NCBI GenBank assembly: GCA_964413455.1
Contig: CAYPTG010000001.1
Location: 7,246 to 71,245 of the forward strand
Origin: an uncultured Mycobacterium sp.
GTDB lineage: Bacteria; Actinomycetota; Actinomycetes; Mycobacteriales; Mycobacteriaceae
Direction: 5' to 3'
Length of the DNA: 64,000 nt
Position numbers and translations under genes: made by a program. The notes under the pieces are model-generated. The model was not told the DNA's origin. It did no database searches and worked only from the letters and a program-made list of their open reading frames with translations. Of this stretch, positions 27,873 through 38,361 are shown piece by piece. Within the stretch, counting starts at the first letter, position 1. Each line of letters opens with the position of its first letter.

Positions 27873-29042
27873 ATGGCTCCTACCGACCCCAACCGGATCG
27901 CTGCTGACCTCGCGGCGGTTCAAGATGCGTTCGCTCGCATCAACCCCGGCGACGACGCCCAGGGCATGTCCGCCGATGCCCTCCGCGAGGCCCTGGCCGG
28001 TCACAGTGACCACCTAGACGACATCACATCGGCGGTCCAGTCCGTCGCCGCCGCCGTCGAGCAACGGAAAGCGCTAATCGCCGAACGCGACGCCACCATG
28101 CCCACCGAACAGGAAATCGATGCCGCTGAACGCCGGCTCGTCATCGCCGCCGCCCTCGCCGCTGACGCCGCCGCCGCAGGGGACTCCGCTGCGACCGCCG
28201 CCGCCAACGCGGAAGTCCGGCAGGCCACCGAGCATCTGGCCGATCTCCTCGCGCAGAAGAAGGCGGCCCAGGAGCGATTCGACCAAGGGGAACGTGACAC
28301 TGCTGAAACGCTGGATACCGACACCGCCGACCTCGGGGGAGCGGACGCACCCCCCGGCGTCGCCGCCGCGGCCGGCCCCCTCGGCGCGATGCTGTCCGCC
28401 ATGCAGCGAATGCAAGCCGCCTCCCCGCCCCCCTTGACGGCGGCCGGCCTGCCGCCCCAGATGCCCGATGACGTCCTGACATCCTCGGCTATCGTTCCCG
28501 ACGACGCCGGGGACTATGGCCCCACAGCCACACTGAGCCACCAGGCGCAGGACCCGGGTATCGCACTCCTGAACGCCTTACTCGACGGCATGGACGACAA
28601 CACCACCTCCACCAGCCACCACAACCCCTCCGCTGCCGGCGACGTGCCACAAGAGGAAGAAGCCCTGGATCTTGATCCGGTGTTCGGAGCTGGCCAAGAC
28701 TGGTCAGAGACGGGAATGGGCCAGACGCACACATCCGCCGACATCCCCGTGCAGATGCCCAGCCTGTCCGGAGTGGCCACCCCAGCAGACGTCTCAGGCC
28801 GCCCAGCCAACCCCTTCTTCGCGGCCGCCCCACCCGCGCCGACGACAGGGGCCCCGATGGGCGGAGGCATGATCCCGCCGATGATGCCAATGGGCGCCGG
28901 CGCCATGGGCACCGGCGTTGCGCCGGGACGAGATAAGGATGGGCAAACTATCATCAAGGCAGATCCAGACATGACTGGAGCCGATATCGATGCCCGCATC
29001 GCGACCAGCGGAGTGATTGGCCGCGACACTAAGCACCGATAG
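27873..29042 (+). CDS. ESX-associated coiled-coil/low-complexity protein
   Basis: Helical N-terminus; PPE-like GGGMIPPMMPMGAG tail. Confidence 0.7.
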   Translation: MAPTDPNRIAADLAAVQDAFARINPGDDAQGMSADALREALAGHSDHLDDITSAVQSVAAAVEQRKALIAERDATMPTEQEIDAAERRLVIAAALAADAAAAGDSAATAAANAEVRQATEHLADLLAQKKAAQERFDQGERDTAETLDTDTADLGGADAPPGVAAAAGPLGAMLSAMQRMQAASPPPLTAAGLPPQMPDDVLTSSAIVPDDAGDYGPTATLSHQAQDPGIALLNALLDGMDDNTTSTSHHNPSAAGDVPQEEEALDLDPVFGAGQDWSETGMGQTHTSADIPVQMPSLSGVATPADVSGRPANPFFAAAPPAPTTGAPMGGGMIPPMMPMGAGAMGTGVAPGRDKDGQTIIKADPDMTGADIDARIATSGVIGRDTKHR

Positions 29043-29062
29043 AACTGGGGGAAACCGCAACC

Positions 29063-31855
29063 GTGACGACACCGACAATTGTTCCACCGCCGCCAAACCC
29101 GGACATCCTGCTGACCGCCCCGAGCCTGTGGGCCATGGCCCACGGCGAAGGCGCCGGAACGCTGCGCCAAGTCGTTGGCGCTGGCATCGACCCCGCCGCG
29201 GCGTTCGGCGCGGCGTTCGGCCTGAACAAGGTCGTTGGCATGGACAGCTTCAACGGCTGGCTCCAACAGAAAGCCGCCGGCCCACACCCGGCCACCCCGC
29301 ACGGTCAAGAACCAGGCCCGGTCACCGACGACGCGACACCACCCAAAGGCAACCCCGCCGACGACTCCGCCGCCGAGAAGAGCGCCACAGGTAAGCCAAC
29401 AGACAGCGACGCCGGAAAGTCCGCCACCCGCGACGCCGCCACCGACGGCCCCGAGAAGGGCGCCGCGAGTAAGGCGGCCACAACAGATGCCGACACCGCC
29501 GGCGGATCAGCGGCCAAGGCGCCGGCCGGTGAATCCTCCACGGGTACCAACGGAAGCGCAGGAAAGACGGCTGCCGCAGCGGGGGACAAGGCGACCAAAC
29601 AGACCGCTGAAGAGGCAGCGCAAGTCGCCAAACGGCGCCTCCGTCAAACCTTCGCCGAGGACGGCGTCAAAGCCGCGGTGAAGCAGGGCGTCACCCAGGC
29701 GGTGTCCCGCGGCGGCGCGCTGGGTAGCAAGCTCGTCGCCGCCCAACTCTTGCGGCTGGGCACGATGTCGGTTCCCGGGCTGGGTGTCGCGCTCACCGCG
29801 GCGCTATGGGCATTCGACTCCTCAGGCCGCAAAGCGTTCAACGGGCTGATGGAGCGCATCACCGGAACAGTCACTCCAGGATTGAACGCGGCCCCATCGC
29901 CGCCACGGACGATGTTCCTGCCGCTGACCAACGACGGTAACCGCGATCCGATCATCGAAGCGATCGACGCGCAGATGGTGGCCGTCAACAACAAATCCTT
30001 CGGCTTCGACGAAAGTCTTGTCTGGCCGCTGGACGGCTCCGGGTTGACTACGGCGACCGCCTTTCCGGAGGTCTCCGCAGGTCTGGCCAAGTTGACCAAC
30101 GACCTGGGCGCCACCTTGAGCGCCATCACCTCGGTCTACCAAAAGGACGCCGACGAACGCTACGTTGCGATGACGTGGCGCAGCACCCAGCCAGGAGCCG
30201 AGCAGCTGGCCGACATGCAGGCGACAATGATCCCCGCGCTCACCGCGGCGGTCAACGCCGCTGCTGTCGCGGTGAACGAGGCATACCAGGGATTCCGGGG
30301 GATCAACAAACGCAACAGGGAGGCGATCGCCAACTCCAACAGCGGGATCTTCGCGTCGATCATCGGCAACCATATCCGTGGCACAGACATGGCCAGCGGC
30401 GCAGAACCGATGATGGCCGCCGTGGAGAAGGTCCGGTCGCTGGCGCCGAACCTCCTGGCTGCGGTGAAAAACCTGTCAATTGCGCCCAGCATGCGGGCAC
30501 CCGCTCTCACCGGCCCCGCGGCCGCTGCCCCCGCCACCCCCACACAGCCGGCGCCGGCCGCACCGACACCGGGTGGTGGCGGTAGCGCAGCCCCGTGGGC
30601 GCCGCCGTTCAACCCGGGCCCCCTGCCCGAGGTGGACGCCGAAGACTCCGATGCCGCTCCTGCCGCCGTGCCCGACGCGCCGGCCCCTGAAGGAGCAGGC
30701 CAGGCAAATCCGCCCCAGCAGCCCCAGACGCCGGACCCCTTGGCCAAGGATCTAGCTTCTCTTCTGAAGACCCCCCCGCCGGGGTCGGGTACTGGCATGC
30801 CGGTGCAGCTGCCGCAGATCCCGACACAGATCCCGAATCTGATGCCGCAGATGCCGCAGATGCCAACGATGCCGAACTTCGGCGCGATGACGCCGCCGTC
30901 CACGGGCCTGCCGCCCGCAGCCCGGCCCACCGGACTGACCGCCAACGATCTCCCCGACGAACTCAAGAAGCGCCTCGAGGACACCCGCACCGTTGGCGAC
31001 AAAAAAGACCAGCCCCTGGGGGAGGCAGGCAAAATCAAGGAGAAGGATCTGCCCACCCCCGGCGAACCAGGCAAGGGTAAAGCGCCGGAAGCGCTGCTCA
31101 ACCCCGCCCCCGCCACCGCACCTCCAGGTCAAGAAAGCAAATCCGGGCAGGCCGGGCAGGCTCGTCCAGGCGCGGCTGAACATGCCGCCTCCACCACGGC
31201 CGGCGGCGACGATAAGCCTGGACCGCACACCGCCCCGTCAGAGGAGAACACCGTGGACGTGCAGGGCCGCAAGTGGACATTCGACAACCCCAAGCTGGCC
31301 GCACTGGCACAGAGCCTGGCCGCCAGCGAAGGCCAGCACAGCCTCCGGCAGGCCGCCTCCGACGCAGGGTTCAAGCTGCCCCCTCCCGGGCAGGACATCG
31401 GGACAGAGGTGCCGACCAGCAGGCTCAAACCCGGCGACGTGATCATGGGCGCCCACAACCAGAACGCGGTGTTCCTCGGCGCCGGACAAGACGGCCAGGC
31501 CCAGGTACTGACCGAGCGCGGCGAGGTCAAGCAACTGCACGAAGTCGCGAAATTCGACGGACCCCATCAAGGATTCTTCCGTCTCGCCGACGACGGCAAC
31601 CCCGCCCCGCAGGTGCAGACCGTGGGAGACCAAGCCGGCGGTGGCACCACGCAACAACACAGCTCCCCGCCTGCCGCGTCGCCAACGGCCGGCGCAGCGC
31701 CGCCCACACCGCCCCCGCCAACCGCCCCCTCCGCTGAGGCCCCTCAGCCGCCCGCATCCCCGGATAGCACCCAGGCGACCCACGCGGGGATCCTTCCTGG
31801 CCAGGTCACCGGTAAGCCCGGCTTGGACCCGCGGAACGTGCCCCCAAACCGGTAA
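29063..31855 (+). CDS. large Ala/Pro-rich protein with helical core and degenerate NlpC/P60-like C-terminal domain
   Basis: 930 aa; AGFKLPPPG...VPTSRLKPGDVIMG...AVFLG. Confidence 0.7.
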   Translation: MTTPTIVPPPPNPDILLTAPSLWAMAHGEGAGTLRQVVGAGIDPAAAFGAAFGLNKVVGMDSFNGWLQQKAAGPHPATPHGQEPGPVTDDATPPKGNPADDSAAEKSATGKPTDSDAGKSATRDAATDGPEKGAASKAATTDADTAGGSAAKAPAGESSTGTNGSAGKTAAAAGDKATKQTAEEAAQVAKRRLRQTFAEDGVKAAVKQGVTQAVSRGGALGSKLVAAQLLRLGTMSVPGLGVALTAALWAFDSSGRKAFNGLMERITGTVTPGLNAAPSPPRTMFLPLTNDGNRDPIIEAIDAQMVAVNNKSFGFDESLVWPLDGSGLTTATAFPEVSAGLAKLTNDLGATLSAITSVYQKDADERYVAMTWRSTQPGAEQLADMQATMIPALTAAVNAAAVAVNEAYQGFRGINKRNREAIANSNSGIFASIIGNHIRGTDMASGAEPMMAAVEKVRSLAPNLLAAVKNLSIAPSMRAPALTGPAAAAPATPTQPAPAAPTPGGGGSAAPWAPPFNPGPLPEVDAEDSDAAPAAVPDAPAPEGAGQANPPQQPQTPDPLAKDLASLLKTPPPGSGTGMPVQLPQIPTQIPNLMPQMPQMPTMPNFGAMTPPSTGLPPAARPTGLTANDLPDELKKRLEDTRTVGDKKDQPLGEAGKIKEKDLPTPGEPGKGKAPEALLNPAPATAPPGQESKSGQAGQARPGAAEHAASTTAGGDDKPGPHTAPSEENTVDVQGRKWTFDNPKLAALAQSLAASEGQHSLRQAASDAGFKLPPPGQDIGTEVPTSRLKPGDVIMGAHNQNAVFLGAGQDGQAQVLTERGEVKQLHEVAKFDGPHQGFFRLADDGNPAPQVQTVGDQAGGGTTQQHSSPPAASPTAGAAPPTPPPPTAPSAEAPQPPASPDSTQATHAGILPGQVTGKPGLDPRNVPPNR

Positions 31856-31867
31856 GGCACCGTCTGA

Positions 31868-33130
31868 ATGCCCGGCGACTACATCGAAGACCCGACCAAG
31901 CCGTGGTCTCCGAACAACCCGTTCGGCTACCCCTCGGGCGCCACGCCACCCGCTTCCGACTCGGGTCAAGCGCCGTCCCCGGAACGGCCGGCCGCCGGCA
32001 CGTCCGTCCCGCCGCAACAACGGCCGGCTCCCACGCAGACGCACTCGATCCCGCCGACAGTCAGGGTTGACGAACACGCGGCGACCCAGAGCTACACCGC
32101 CGGCCAGAACGGGCTGCAAGAACACCGCGACGCCATCCCCGATCACGACCCCGCCGGACTGGATGACCCCGTGATTGCCGAAGCGCTGCAACAACACAAC
32201 AAGAAGACCAAAGACCGTTTCACCGAGGCGCACCGCGACCTCGCCGACGGAAAAGGCGCCGCGGCCGCCTTGGGCGAGGAGAACCGCCGCGGAACTCAAC
32301 AGATCAACCGCGCCGCCGACCCCGGCGCAGTGTCGGCCTTCCGCGCCGCGATGTCTCAGCCCGCCCCCGCCGCAAGCCCCTTCGCCGCGCCCGCGATGCC
32401 GGCGCAGACCCCGCCGGTACAGCCGATGCCGTTGCCCATGCAAGCCCCGCCACCGCAGCCGGTGTCGTTGCCCATGCAGCCCCCACCACCGCTACAGCAA
32501 CTGCCCCCGCCGGCCGCACCGTTGCCGCCCACCCAGCAGGCCCTCAACGCGAACGCCCTCGCCAAACTGATAAACCCCGCCAAAGACGTTGCGCCGGTAA
32601 AGCATTCAGCAGTCTCATCCCCATCTCGTGCCCGGACTGCGCGGACGCGAATACCAGGAGGAAGCCAAGCGCCACTGGCCCACAACAACCAGGTTGCCAT
32701 CCAGCCCACCGGGAAAGGAACCCTCACCCGATCCCAACTGCACTCGTTCATCGAACAAGCACTCGACAACAACGGGATCACCAAAGACCGCAGGATCCGC
32801 GAGATCTGGCACGACCTCTGCTACCGGCAGTACATGAAAGAAAGCGCAGGCGTGGTCGACGCCGTCAACCGCGACGACATCAACGCCCGCGGCGCCACAA
32901 TCCCCACCGACAACGCCCCCTCAGGATCGAGCCGCGGAGTTGGCCAAGTCATCCCCGAAACCTTCGCCCGCTACCACGTGGCTGGCACGTCAAACAACAT
33001 CTACGACCCAGAAGCCAACCTCTCGGCCAGCGTGAACTACATGATGCACCGCTACCGTGTCGCCGCCGACGGAACCGGCCTGATCGAGTTCTACCAGCAA
33101 CGCGTCCGCAACGGCTTCGGCGGCTACTAA
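31868..33130 (+). CDS. lytic transglycosylase (SLT) with helical N-terminus and Pro-rich linker
   Basis: MKESAG (catalytic Glu), SRGVGQVIPETFARYH, NIYDPEANLSASVNY. Confidence 0.85.
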   Translation: MPGDYIEDPTKPWSPNNPFGYPSGATPPASDSGQAPSPERPAAGTSVPPQQRPAPTQTHSIPPTVRVDEHAATQSYTAGQNGLQEHRDAIPDHDPAGLDDPVIAEALQQHNKKTKDRFTEAHRDLADGKGAAAALGEENRRGTQQINRAADPGAVSAFRAAMSQPAPAASPFAAPAMPAQTPPVQPMPLPMQAPPPQPVSLPMQPPPPLQQLPPPAAPLPPTQQALNANALAKLINPAKDVAPVKHSAVSSPSRARTARTRIPGGSQAPLAHNNQVAIQPTGKGTLTRSQLHSFIEQALDNNGITKDRRIREIWHDLCYRQYMKESAGVVDAVNRDDINARGATIPTDNAPSGSSRGVGQVIPETFARYHVAGTSNNIYDPEANLSASVNYMMHRYRVAADGTGLIEFYQQRVRNGFGGY

Positions 33131-33268
33131 ATAGCCCCCTGCGCCCCACAACATTCCCGCCAGGCGGCGGCGTCAGACCAGATCGCCGGCAACCGCCAAA
33201 TGTAAACTCCGCAATAAGGCGCAGACAGGCGCGCAACAATCAACACACCCGGGGGAGTGGGGCCACCT

Positions 33269-34081
33269 ATGGACACCGACAAGAACTCTGACTGGCGCGC
33301 CCCCCACCGATGGGACTGGCGCACCACAGCACTGCGGACCTCCGCCGCCCTCGCCCTCGCCCTCGCCGCGATCCTGGTCGTTGTCATGACCCGGACCCCC
33401 GCCGCCCCGCCCCCCGCCATGGACGGTCCCACAGCCCGACCCTTGAGCGCCTTAGAGGCCGCCGGCGTCCAGGCAATGCTGGAACGACAAAAGGCCGGCG
33501 CGCACAAACTGGCTGGCACGGTCACCGATGCCCAAGGCCGCACCTACGGGGTGCAGCTGTCGATGACCGGCAACAGCGCCGCGGGCGTCGGAACGATCAC
33601 CGCAGGAAGCACGCGCGGCGAGGCGCTGCTGGATCGCGGCACGGTGTATCTCCGCGGCGAGCAGGATTTTTGGGCGGCGCTGGGTGTCACGGGCCGCGCT
33701 CCAGAGCCGCCGGGCTGGGTCAGCATCGGAGGCGAGTTTTTGGGCGGCAAGCTGTTCATGGCCCCCTCGAAATGGACGGCGGATCTGTCCCCGTCACCCA
33801 CCGCGCTCCTAGATGGAGACCGGTACAGCCAAGGCTCGGCCTCCGCCCTGATCGGCGACTCCGACGTCACCCACGTCACGGTCGACGGCCTCGACATCGA
33901 CATCTCCACGGTTACCGCCCAGTCGGTGACCGATGCAGCTGCCCCGCTAGTTGCGGGCCGCGGCACTCCGGCGGTGCTTAAACGCGCCGGCAACGGCGGG
34001 TGGATGCTCTCGCCGACCGCCGGTCCTCCGGGATCTTCTGGCGCCGAGGATCAGCAGCCCCCGGTCGCCCCGACCCCGTAA
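33269..34081 (+). CDS. membrane-anchored protein, LppX/LprAFG-like fold candidate
   Basis: N-terminal TM; GTVYLRGEQDFW beta-rich domain. Confidence 0.65.
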   Translation: MDTDKNSDWRAPHRWDWRTTALRTSAALALALAAILVVVMTRTPAAPPPAMDGPTARPLSALEAAGVQAMLERQKAGAHKLAGTVTDAQGRTYGVQLSMTGNSAAGVGTITAGSTRGEALLDRGTVYLRGEQDFWAALGVTGRAPEPPGWVSIGGEFLGGKLFMAPSKWTADLSPSPTALLDGDRYSQGSASALIGDSDVTHVTVDGLDIDISTVTAQSVTDAAAPLVAGRGTPAVLKRAGNGGWMLSPTAGPPGSSGAEDQQPPVAPTP

Positions 34082-34115
34082 AACCTGTCCCAAAGAAGGA
34101 GGCCGCGAACCCCCC

Positions 34116-34235
34116 ATGGATATCGCCCAGGTGACAGCAATGCCGGACGAACTGAACGTCGATTCCCGCACTGAGGAAGAAGACGGGATCGTGACAGTCA
34201 CCATCGCCGAGCAAACCCTCCAGGTTGTCGCATAG
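34116..34235 (+). CDS. small acidic peptide
   Basis: AAGGAGG RBS; 39 aa. Confidence 0.35.
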   Translation: MDIAQVTAMPDELNVDSRTEEEDGIVTVTIAEQTLQVVA

Positions 34236-34273
34236 GGAAAGCCCCGCCGGGCCGCCCGCCCAGGAGCGGCCGT

Positions 34274-35170
34274 TTATTGGTAGGTGACGGCCCCGAAGTG
34301 GACCGGGTCGTCGAATCCGTCGATGAGCCATTGCCGGTTGTTGCCCAAAGTGGCGCGCAGCGGGGCGTCGATGGTGTTGAACGTGGTGGTCGATGAGGCA
34401 GCCTTAGCGGTGACCAGCAGGTGGATGGTGTCACCCGGTTTCGCTGTGGCCGGGTCGGGGCTGTCCTTGCCGGCGGTGATGACTTTCACGGTGATGCTGG
34501 TGTAGGGGGAGTGGAGGATCGGGTCTTCGGTGAAGTCAGCGGACACGTATCGGCCCAGGGTGCCGGCGTTGTTGGAGGTGTAGAACGCGGTCATGAAGTT
34601 CGTCACCGACACCCCCAGCGGGCTGTTGACGCCGACCCCTTGGGTGTAGAACGGCGCGATCTGCACGGCCCGGCTGGTGTCGTTGACCGGCCGGGGCCAC
34701 ATCAGCGCTTTGAAGGTGCCCCCGGCTTCCAGGAACGTGACACGGAAGAAGCTGCGGACAGCCCGGCCGGTGCCGGGCGGGATCAGGGTCGCGGCGAGGG
34801 TTATACCCCACTCGGTTTCGGCTCCCGCGGGGGTGCGTGAGACGGGCGGAACAGCGTTGATGTCGCTGACGGTTACCGGATCCGGGTTCATCTCGGGCTG
34901 GCCCGCCATGGCGGACATGGAGACCAGTTTCGCGGCTTCGGTGGGGCTGCCTGCTAGCCACACCAAGAGGAAGTTGCGGGCAAAGAACTCCGCCCCGACG
35001 TAGTCGTTGATCTCGGCGAGCACATTGACAGGTTTCGTCGGGGCCCGTACCAGGAGGGTGACAGTCAGCAGCAGCACCCCTGCCAGTGCCAGCCAGGCGG
35101 CGGCCGCGGTGGCGAAAAAGGTCCGCCGTTTGATGTCGGATGTCAAGGCTAGACGGGAGAACAGCGGCAT
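34274..35170 (-). CDS. tcpC: conjugal transfer protein TcpC (VirB8-like)
   Basis: Single TM followed by two NTF2-like repeats (FARNFLLVWL; VTNFMTAFY...LGRYVS). Confidence 0.8.
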   Translation of the reverse strand: MPLFSRLALTSDIKRRTFFATAAAAWLALAGVLLLTVTLLVRAPTKPVNVLAEINDYVGAEFFARNFLLVWLAGSPTEAAKLVSMSAMAGQPEMNPDPVTVSDINAVPPVSRTPAGAETEWGITLAATLIPPGTGRAVRSFFRVTFLEAGGTFKALMWPRPVNDTSRAVQIAPFYTQGVGVNSPLGVSVTNFMTAFYTSNNAGTLGRYVSADFTEDPILHSPYTSITVKVITAGKDSPDPATAKPGDTIHLLVTAKAASSTTTFNTIDAPLRATLGNNRQWLIDGFDDPVHFGAVTYQ

Positions 35171-35223
35171 GATGAAAGTGTCTTTCAGGCGGGTGGACGA
35201 CTCGCCGCTATCATAAACTCAAG

Positions 35224-36504
35224 TTGAAGAATCGCTTCAGGAAGGCACGGACAAACACGGTGACACGTGGGGGATTGGATCCGTTCGACCCGGATCGCTT
35301 GCCGCCGAGCCAGCAAGCTCGAATCCACGCAGGGATCGATGATCTGCTGACGAGCCCGACGCTGAGCGATGCTGATGCAGACCGTCACATCGACAGCATT
35401 CTCGGTGAGCTGTTCCCGCCCACTCCGACACCCCGCACCCCGCCCCCGCCCCCGCCGCCACTGCAGGACTGGGCACTCGATCACGCCCCCCCCGCCCCGC
35501 CCGAGCCGTTGACCGCCGCCGCCGTGGAGGTGGCGGCACCCGGCGGCGGCCAGGTGGAGCTGCCGCACACCGCCGACCCCGACGTGGAGGATCAGCCGGA
35601 ACCGGCCGGCGGGCCGGATCAAGCTCCAGACTGGGACCGCTTCGGGCTGTGGAGCCCCCCCCGCCCCGCCGACATCGTCGTGCCCGCCGGCGTCGCCGCC
35701 GTCGCGCCCGTCCCCGCCCCAACCGCGGAACCCCCCGCCGACCCGGCCACACCCGACCCGGCAACCCCCACCCCTGACATCGACTCGCGCGGCCGCCGCC
35801 GGCCGCTGCCCGACCGGATACGAGAAGGCTGGGCAGCGCTTCCGGGCTGGGCGAGGCTGGCGATTCCCACCGCCGTCGGACTGTCGATGGTCGTGGTCAT
35901 GGTGATCAATCTGATCCTCGGCGACCGCTCCCGCCCGGCCCCGCAGCCCCCGATTGTTGCTGCCGCCCCCGAACAGCCGGCCGCCTCAAAACCCCTCGAA
36001 GGCCTCCTGTTGCCGGCAGCAGTCACCGCGGACTGCCCGGCCGGTAGCTCTGATCCGACCCTGGCCTTCGGCACCGACAAGTCCCAGGCCTGGATCTGCA
36101 CCCGCCTCTACAACGTGGACAACTCGATCCTGACCATCACCTTCCCCGAGCCGGTGGTGGTGACCTCCATCATGGTCATCCCCGGGTTCGACTACGTCGA
36201 GTCCAACGGTCAAGACCACTGGAACGAACACCGGGTGGTCATCCAGATCCTGTGGCGCATCGGGGGAACCCAAATCGTGCAGGACATCGCCCCCACCCGC
36301 GCCGGCGCCACCCTGCAAGTCCCCAACCTGGCCACCCAAATCATCACCGCCACCATCCTGGCCACCCAGCGCCCCCCGGCCACGCCGGGCCCCAACAGCT
36401 CCCTTCCGGGGATCCTCGGCGGGCCCTCCGTGCAGAAAGTCGACGATTCCATGGCCATCGGTCGTATCGAAATCACCGGCCGCGCCGCGGGAGGGCCGGC
36501 ATGA
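35224..36504 (+). CDS. membrane protein with Pro-rich N-terminus and discoidin/glycan-binding-like C-terminal domain
   Basis: TM segment, then AFGTDKSQAWIC...LTITFPEPVVVTSIMVIPG; coupled to eccA. Confidence 0.7.
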   Translation: MKNRFRKARTNTVTRGGLDPFDPDRLPPSQQARIHAGIDDLLTSPTLSDADADRHIDSILGELFPPTPTPRTPPPPPPPLQDWALDHAPPAPPEPLTAAAVEVAAPGGGQVELPHTADPDVEDQPEPAGGPDQAPDWDRFGLWSPPRPADIVVPAGVAAVAPVPAPTAEPPADPATPDPATPTPDIDSRGRRRPLPDRIREGWAALPGWARLAIPTAVGLSMVVVMVINLILGDRSRPAPQPPIVAAAPEQPAASKPLEGLLLPAAVTADCPAGSSDPTLAFGTDKSQAWICTRLYNVDNSILTITFPEPVVVTSIMVIPGFDYVESNGQDHWNEHRVVIQILWRIGGTQIVQDIAPTRAGATLQVPNLATQIITATILATQRPPATPGPNSSLPGILGGPSVQKVDDSMAIGRIEITGRAAGGPA

Positions 36505-38360
36505 GCATGAACCCAGACCTGGTTCACTACTTCAACCAAGGCCTCACGGCGTGGTTCCAGAACCGCAACACCGCCATCGCTCGCGAAAACTTCCAATGGT
36601 GCATCGACCAGATCGACCCCGAACAGTGCGACCTGTACCGGGCGTTAGCCGGAATGGATCGCCCGGAGTCGGCCACCCCCACACTGCTAGAACAAATCCA
36701 TACCCGCATGGCGTCATGGGGCAAACTCGTCGTCGCCGCCGGCCGCGCGCGCGGCGAAGAACTCACCGCCGACACCCCGCTGCTCGGACTGGCCGTCCCG
36801 GTCGTCCCCGACCACGACCTGTCGGTCAAACTGAACACACCCACCGCCGTCTACATCGGCCATGCCGTCAACCTCGCCGAGCAAGGCAGCCTCGCCGAGG
36901 CCTGGAAAACGATCACCGCCACGGACTCGACCATCCCGGAAGTCAACCTGGTGAAGGTCGTCATCCACGCCGCCGCCCGGCGCTGGCAGGACGTGGTCGC
37001 TCACGCCGAGCCCATCCTCAGCCCCCGCCGTGTCGACGAGGACGAGAACACCCTTTCTGGAACCCATGAGGTCGCCCAAGCCCTGGCCTATCTCTACAGC
37101 GGCGTCGGCTACGCCCACCTCGGGAACTTCCCGGCCGCCGCATCGGCCCTGGAAACCGCCGAGAAGAGCCGCTACCGCACCATCGGCGCCGAGGCCTGCT
37201 ACTACCTGGGCCTGATGGCCCGAGCCAACGGCGACACCGACGCCGCCGCCCGCTGCTTCAGCAGCGGCCTTCTCTACCAGCGAACCGACAAACTTGCCGC
37301 CGCCCTCGAAGACCCGTCGATCACGCTGCGGCAAACCACCGCCGAACTGATCAAACAGCGTGACTCCTATTGGGACCCCTCCACCGAAGCCGACCTCGCC
37401 GAGGTCCGCGAGGCCCAGCGCATGGAAAGCCAGAACACCCTATTGATCGAAGCCGCCGCCGAACTCGACGCCAACATCGGGATGCCGGAAGTCAAAGATC
37501 AAGTCCGCAGGGTGCGCGCCGACGTTGCCTTCGCCGCCGAAGCCGCCCGGCGAGGAATGCCGCTGCCCGGCAAGAGCCTGCACATGGCGTTCACCGGCCC
37601 TCCGGGAACCGGCAAGACAACTATCGCCCGCATTGTGGCGAAGGTGCTGTGCGGCCTCGGTGTGCTGCGCGGCAACGAGGTCATCGAAGTCCGCCGCGAC
37701 GACCTCGTCGGCGCCGTCATCGGTGAAACAGAAGAAAAGACCAACGCGGTCATCGACCGCGCCCTGGACGGGGTGCTGTTCTTAGACGAGGCGTATGCGC
37801 TGGTGTCTTCGACCGGAACCAACGACTTCGGCCCCAAAGCCCTCGAGGTACTGCTGGCCCGGATGGAAAACGAACGCGACCGACTCGTAGTGATCGTCGC
37901 CGGCTACGAGAAAGACATCAAGCAACTGCTGGCCGTCAACGAGGGCCTCGAGTCGCGCTTCACCCGCCGCATCCGGTTCTCCTCCTACACCCCCGAAGAG
38001 ATTGGGCAAATAGCTGAAGTCCTTGCCGCCCAACGCTCCTCGACGCTGACCCCGGCCGCGCGCGACCTCATCATCGCCGAAGCTCGCGCTATGACCGTCA
38101 CCGGCCCGACCGGCAAGAAAATCCTCGACATCGCCGGCAACGGCCGGTTCGCCCGCAATGCCGTCGAAGCCGCCGAGGAATTCCGCTCCGCCCGCCTCGA
38201 CGGCGCGAACCTGGCTGCCCTGTCCGACGAGGAACTCTTCGGCCTGCTGCCCGAGGATGTCGCCCCGGCGCTGCGCAACATCGTCGACCCGCTGCTGGGC
38301 CGCATTCGTCACGCTCCCGATTTCGACACCACTTCTGACCCGGCGCTCCAGGAAAGCTGA
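36501..38360 (+). CDS. eccA: type VII secretion AAA+ ATPase EccA
   Basis: TPR-like N-terminus, GPPGTGKT, LFLDEAY, NEGLESRF, GNGRFARN. Confidence 0.95.
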   Translation: MSMNPDLVHYFNQGLTAWFQNRNTAIARENFQWCIDQIDPEQCDLYRALAGMDRPESATPTLLEQIHTRMASWGKLVVAAGRARGEELTADTPLLGLAVPVVPDHDLSVKLNTPTAVYIGHAVNLAEQGSLAEAWKTITATDSTIPEVNLVKVVIHAAARRWQDVVAHAEPILSPRRVDEDENTLSGTHEVAQALAYLYSGVGYAHLGNFPAAASALETAEKSRYRTIGAEACYYLGLMARANGDTDAAARCFSSGLLYQRTDKLAAALEDPSITLRQTTAELIKQRDSYWDPSTEADLAEVREAQRMESQNTLLIEAAAELDANIGMPEVKDQVRRVRADVAFAAEAARRGMPLPGKSLHMAFTGPPGTGKTTIARIVAKVLCGLGVLRGNEVIEVRRDDLVGAVIGETEEKTNAVIDRALDGVLFLDEAYALVSSTGTNDFGPKALEVLLARMENERDRLVVIVAGYEKDIKQLLAVNEGLESRFTRRIRFSSYTPEEIGQIAEVLAAQRSSTLTPAARDLIIAEARAMTVTGPTGKKILDIAGNGRFARNAVEAAEEFRSARLDGANLAALSDEELFGLLPEDVAPALRNIVDPLLGRIRHAPDFDTTSDPALQES

Positions 38361-38361
38361 C

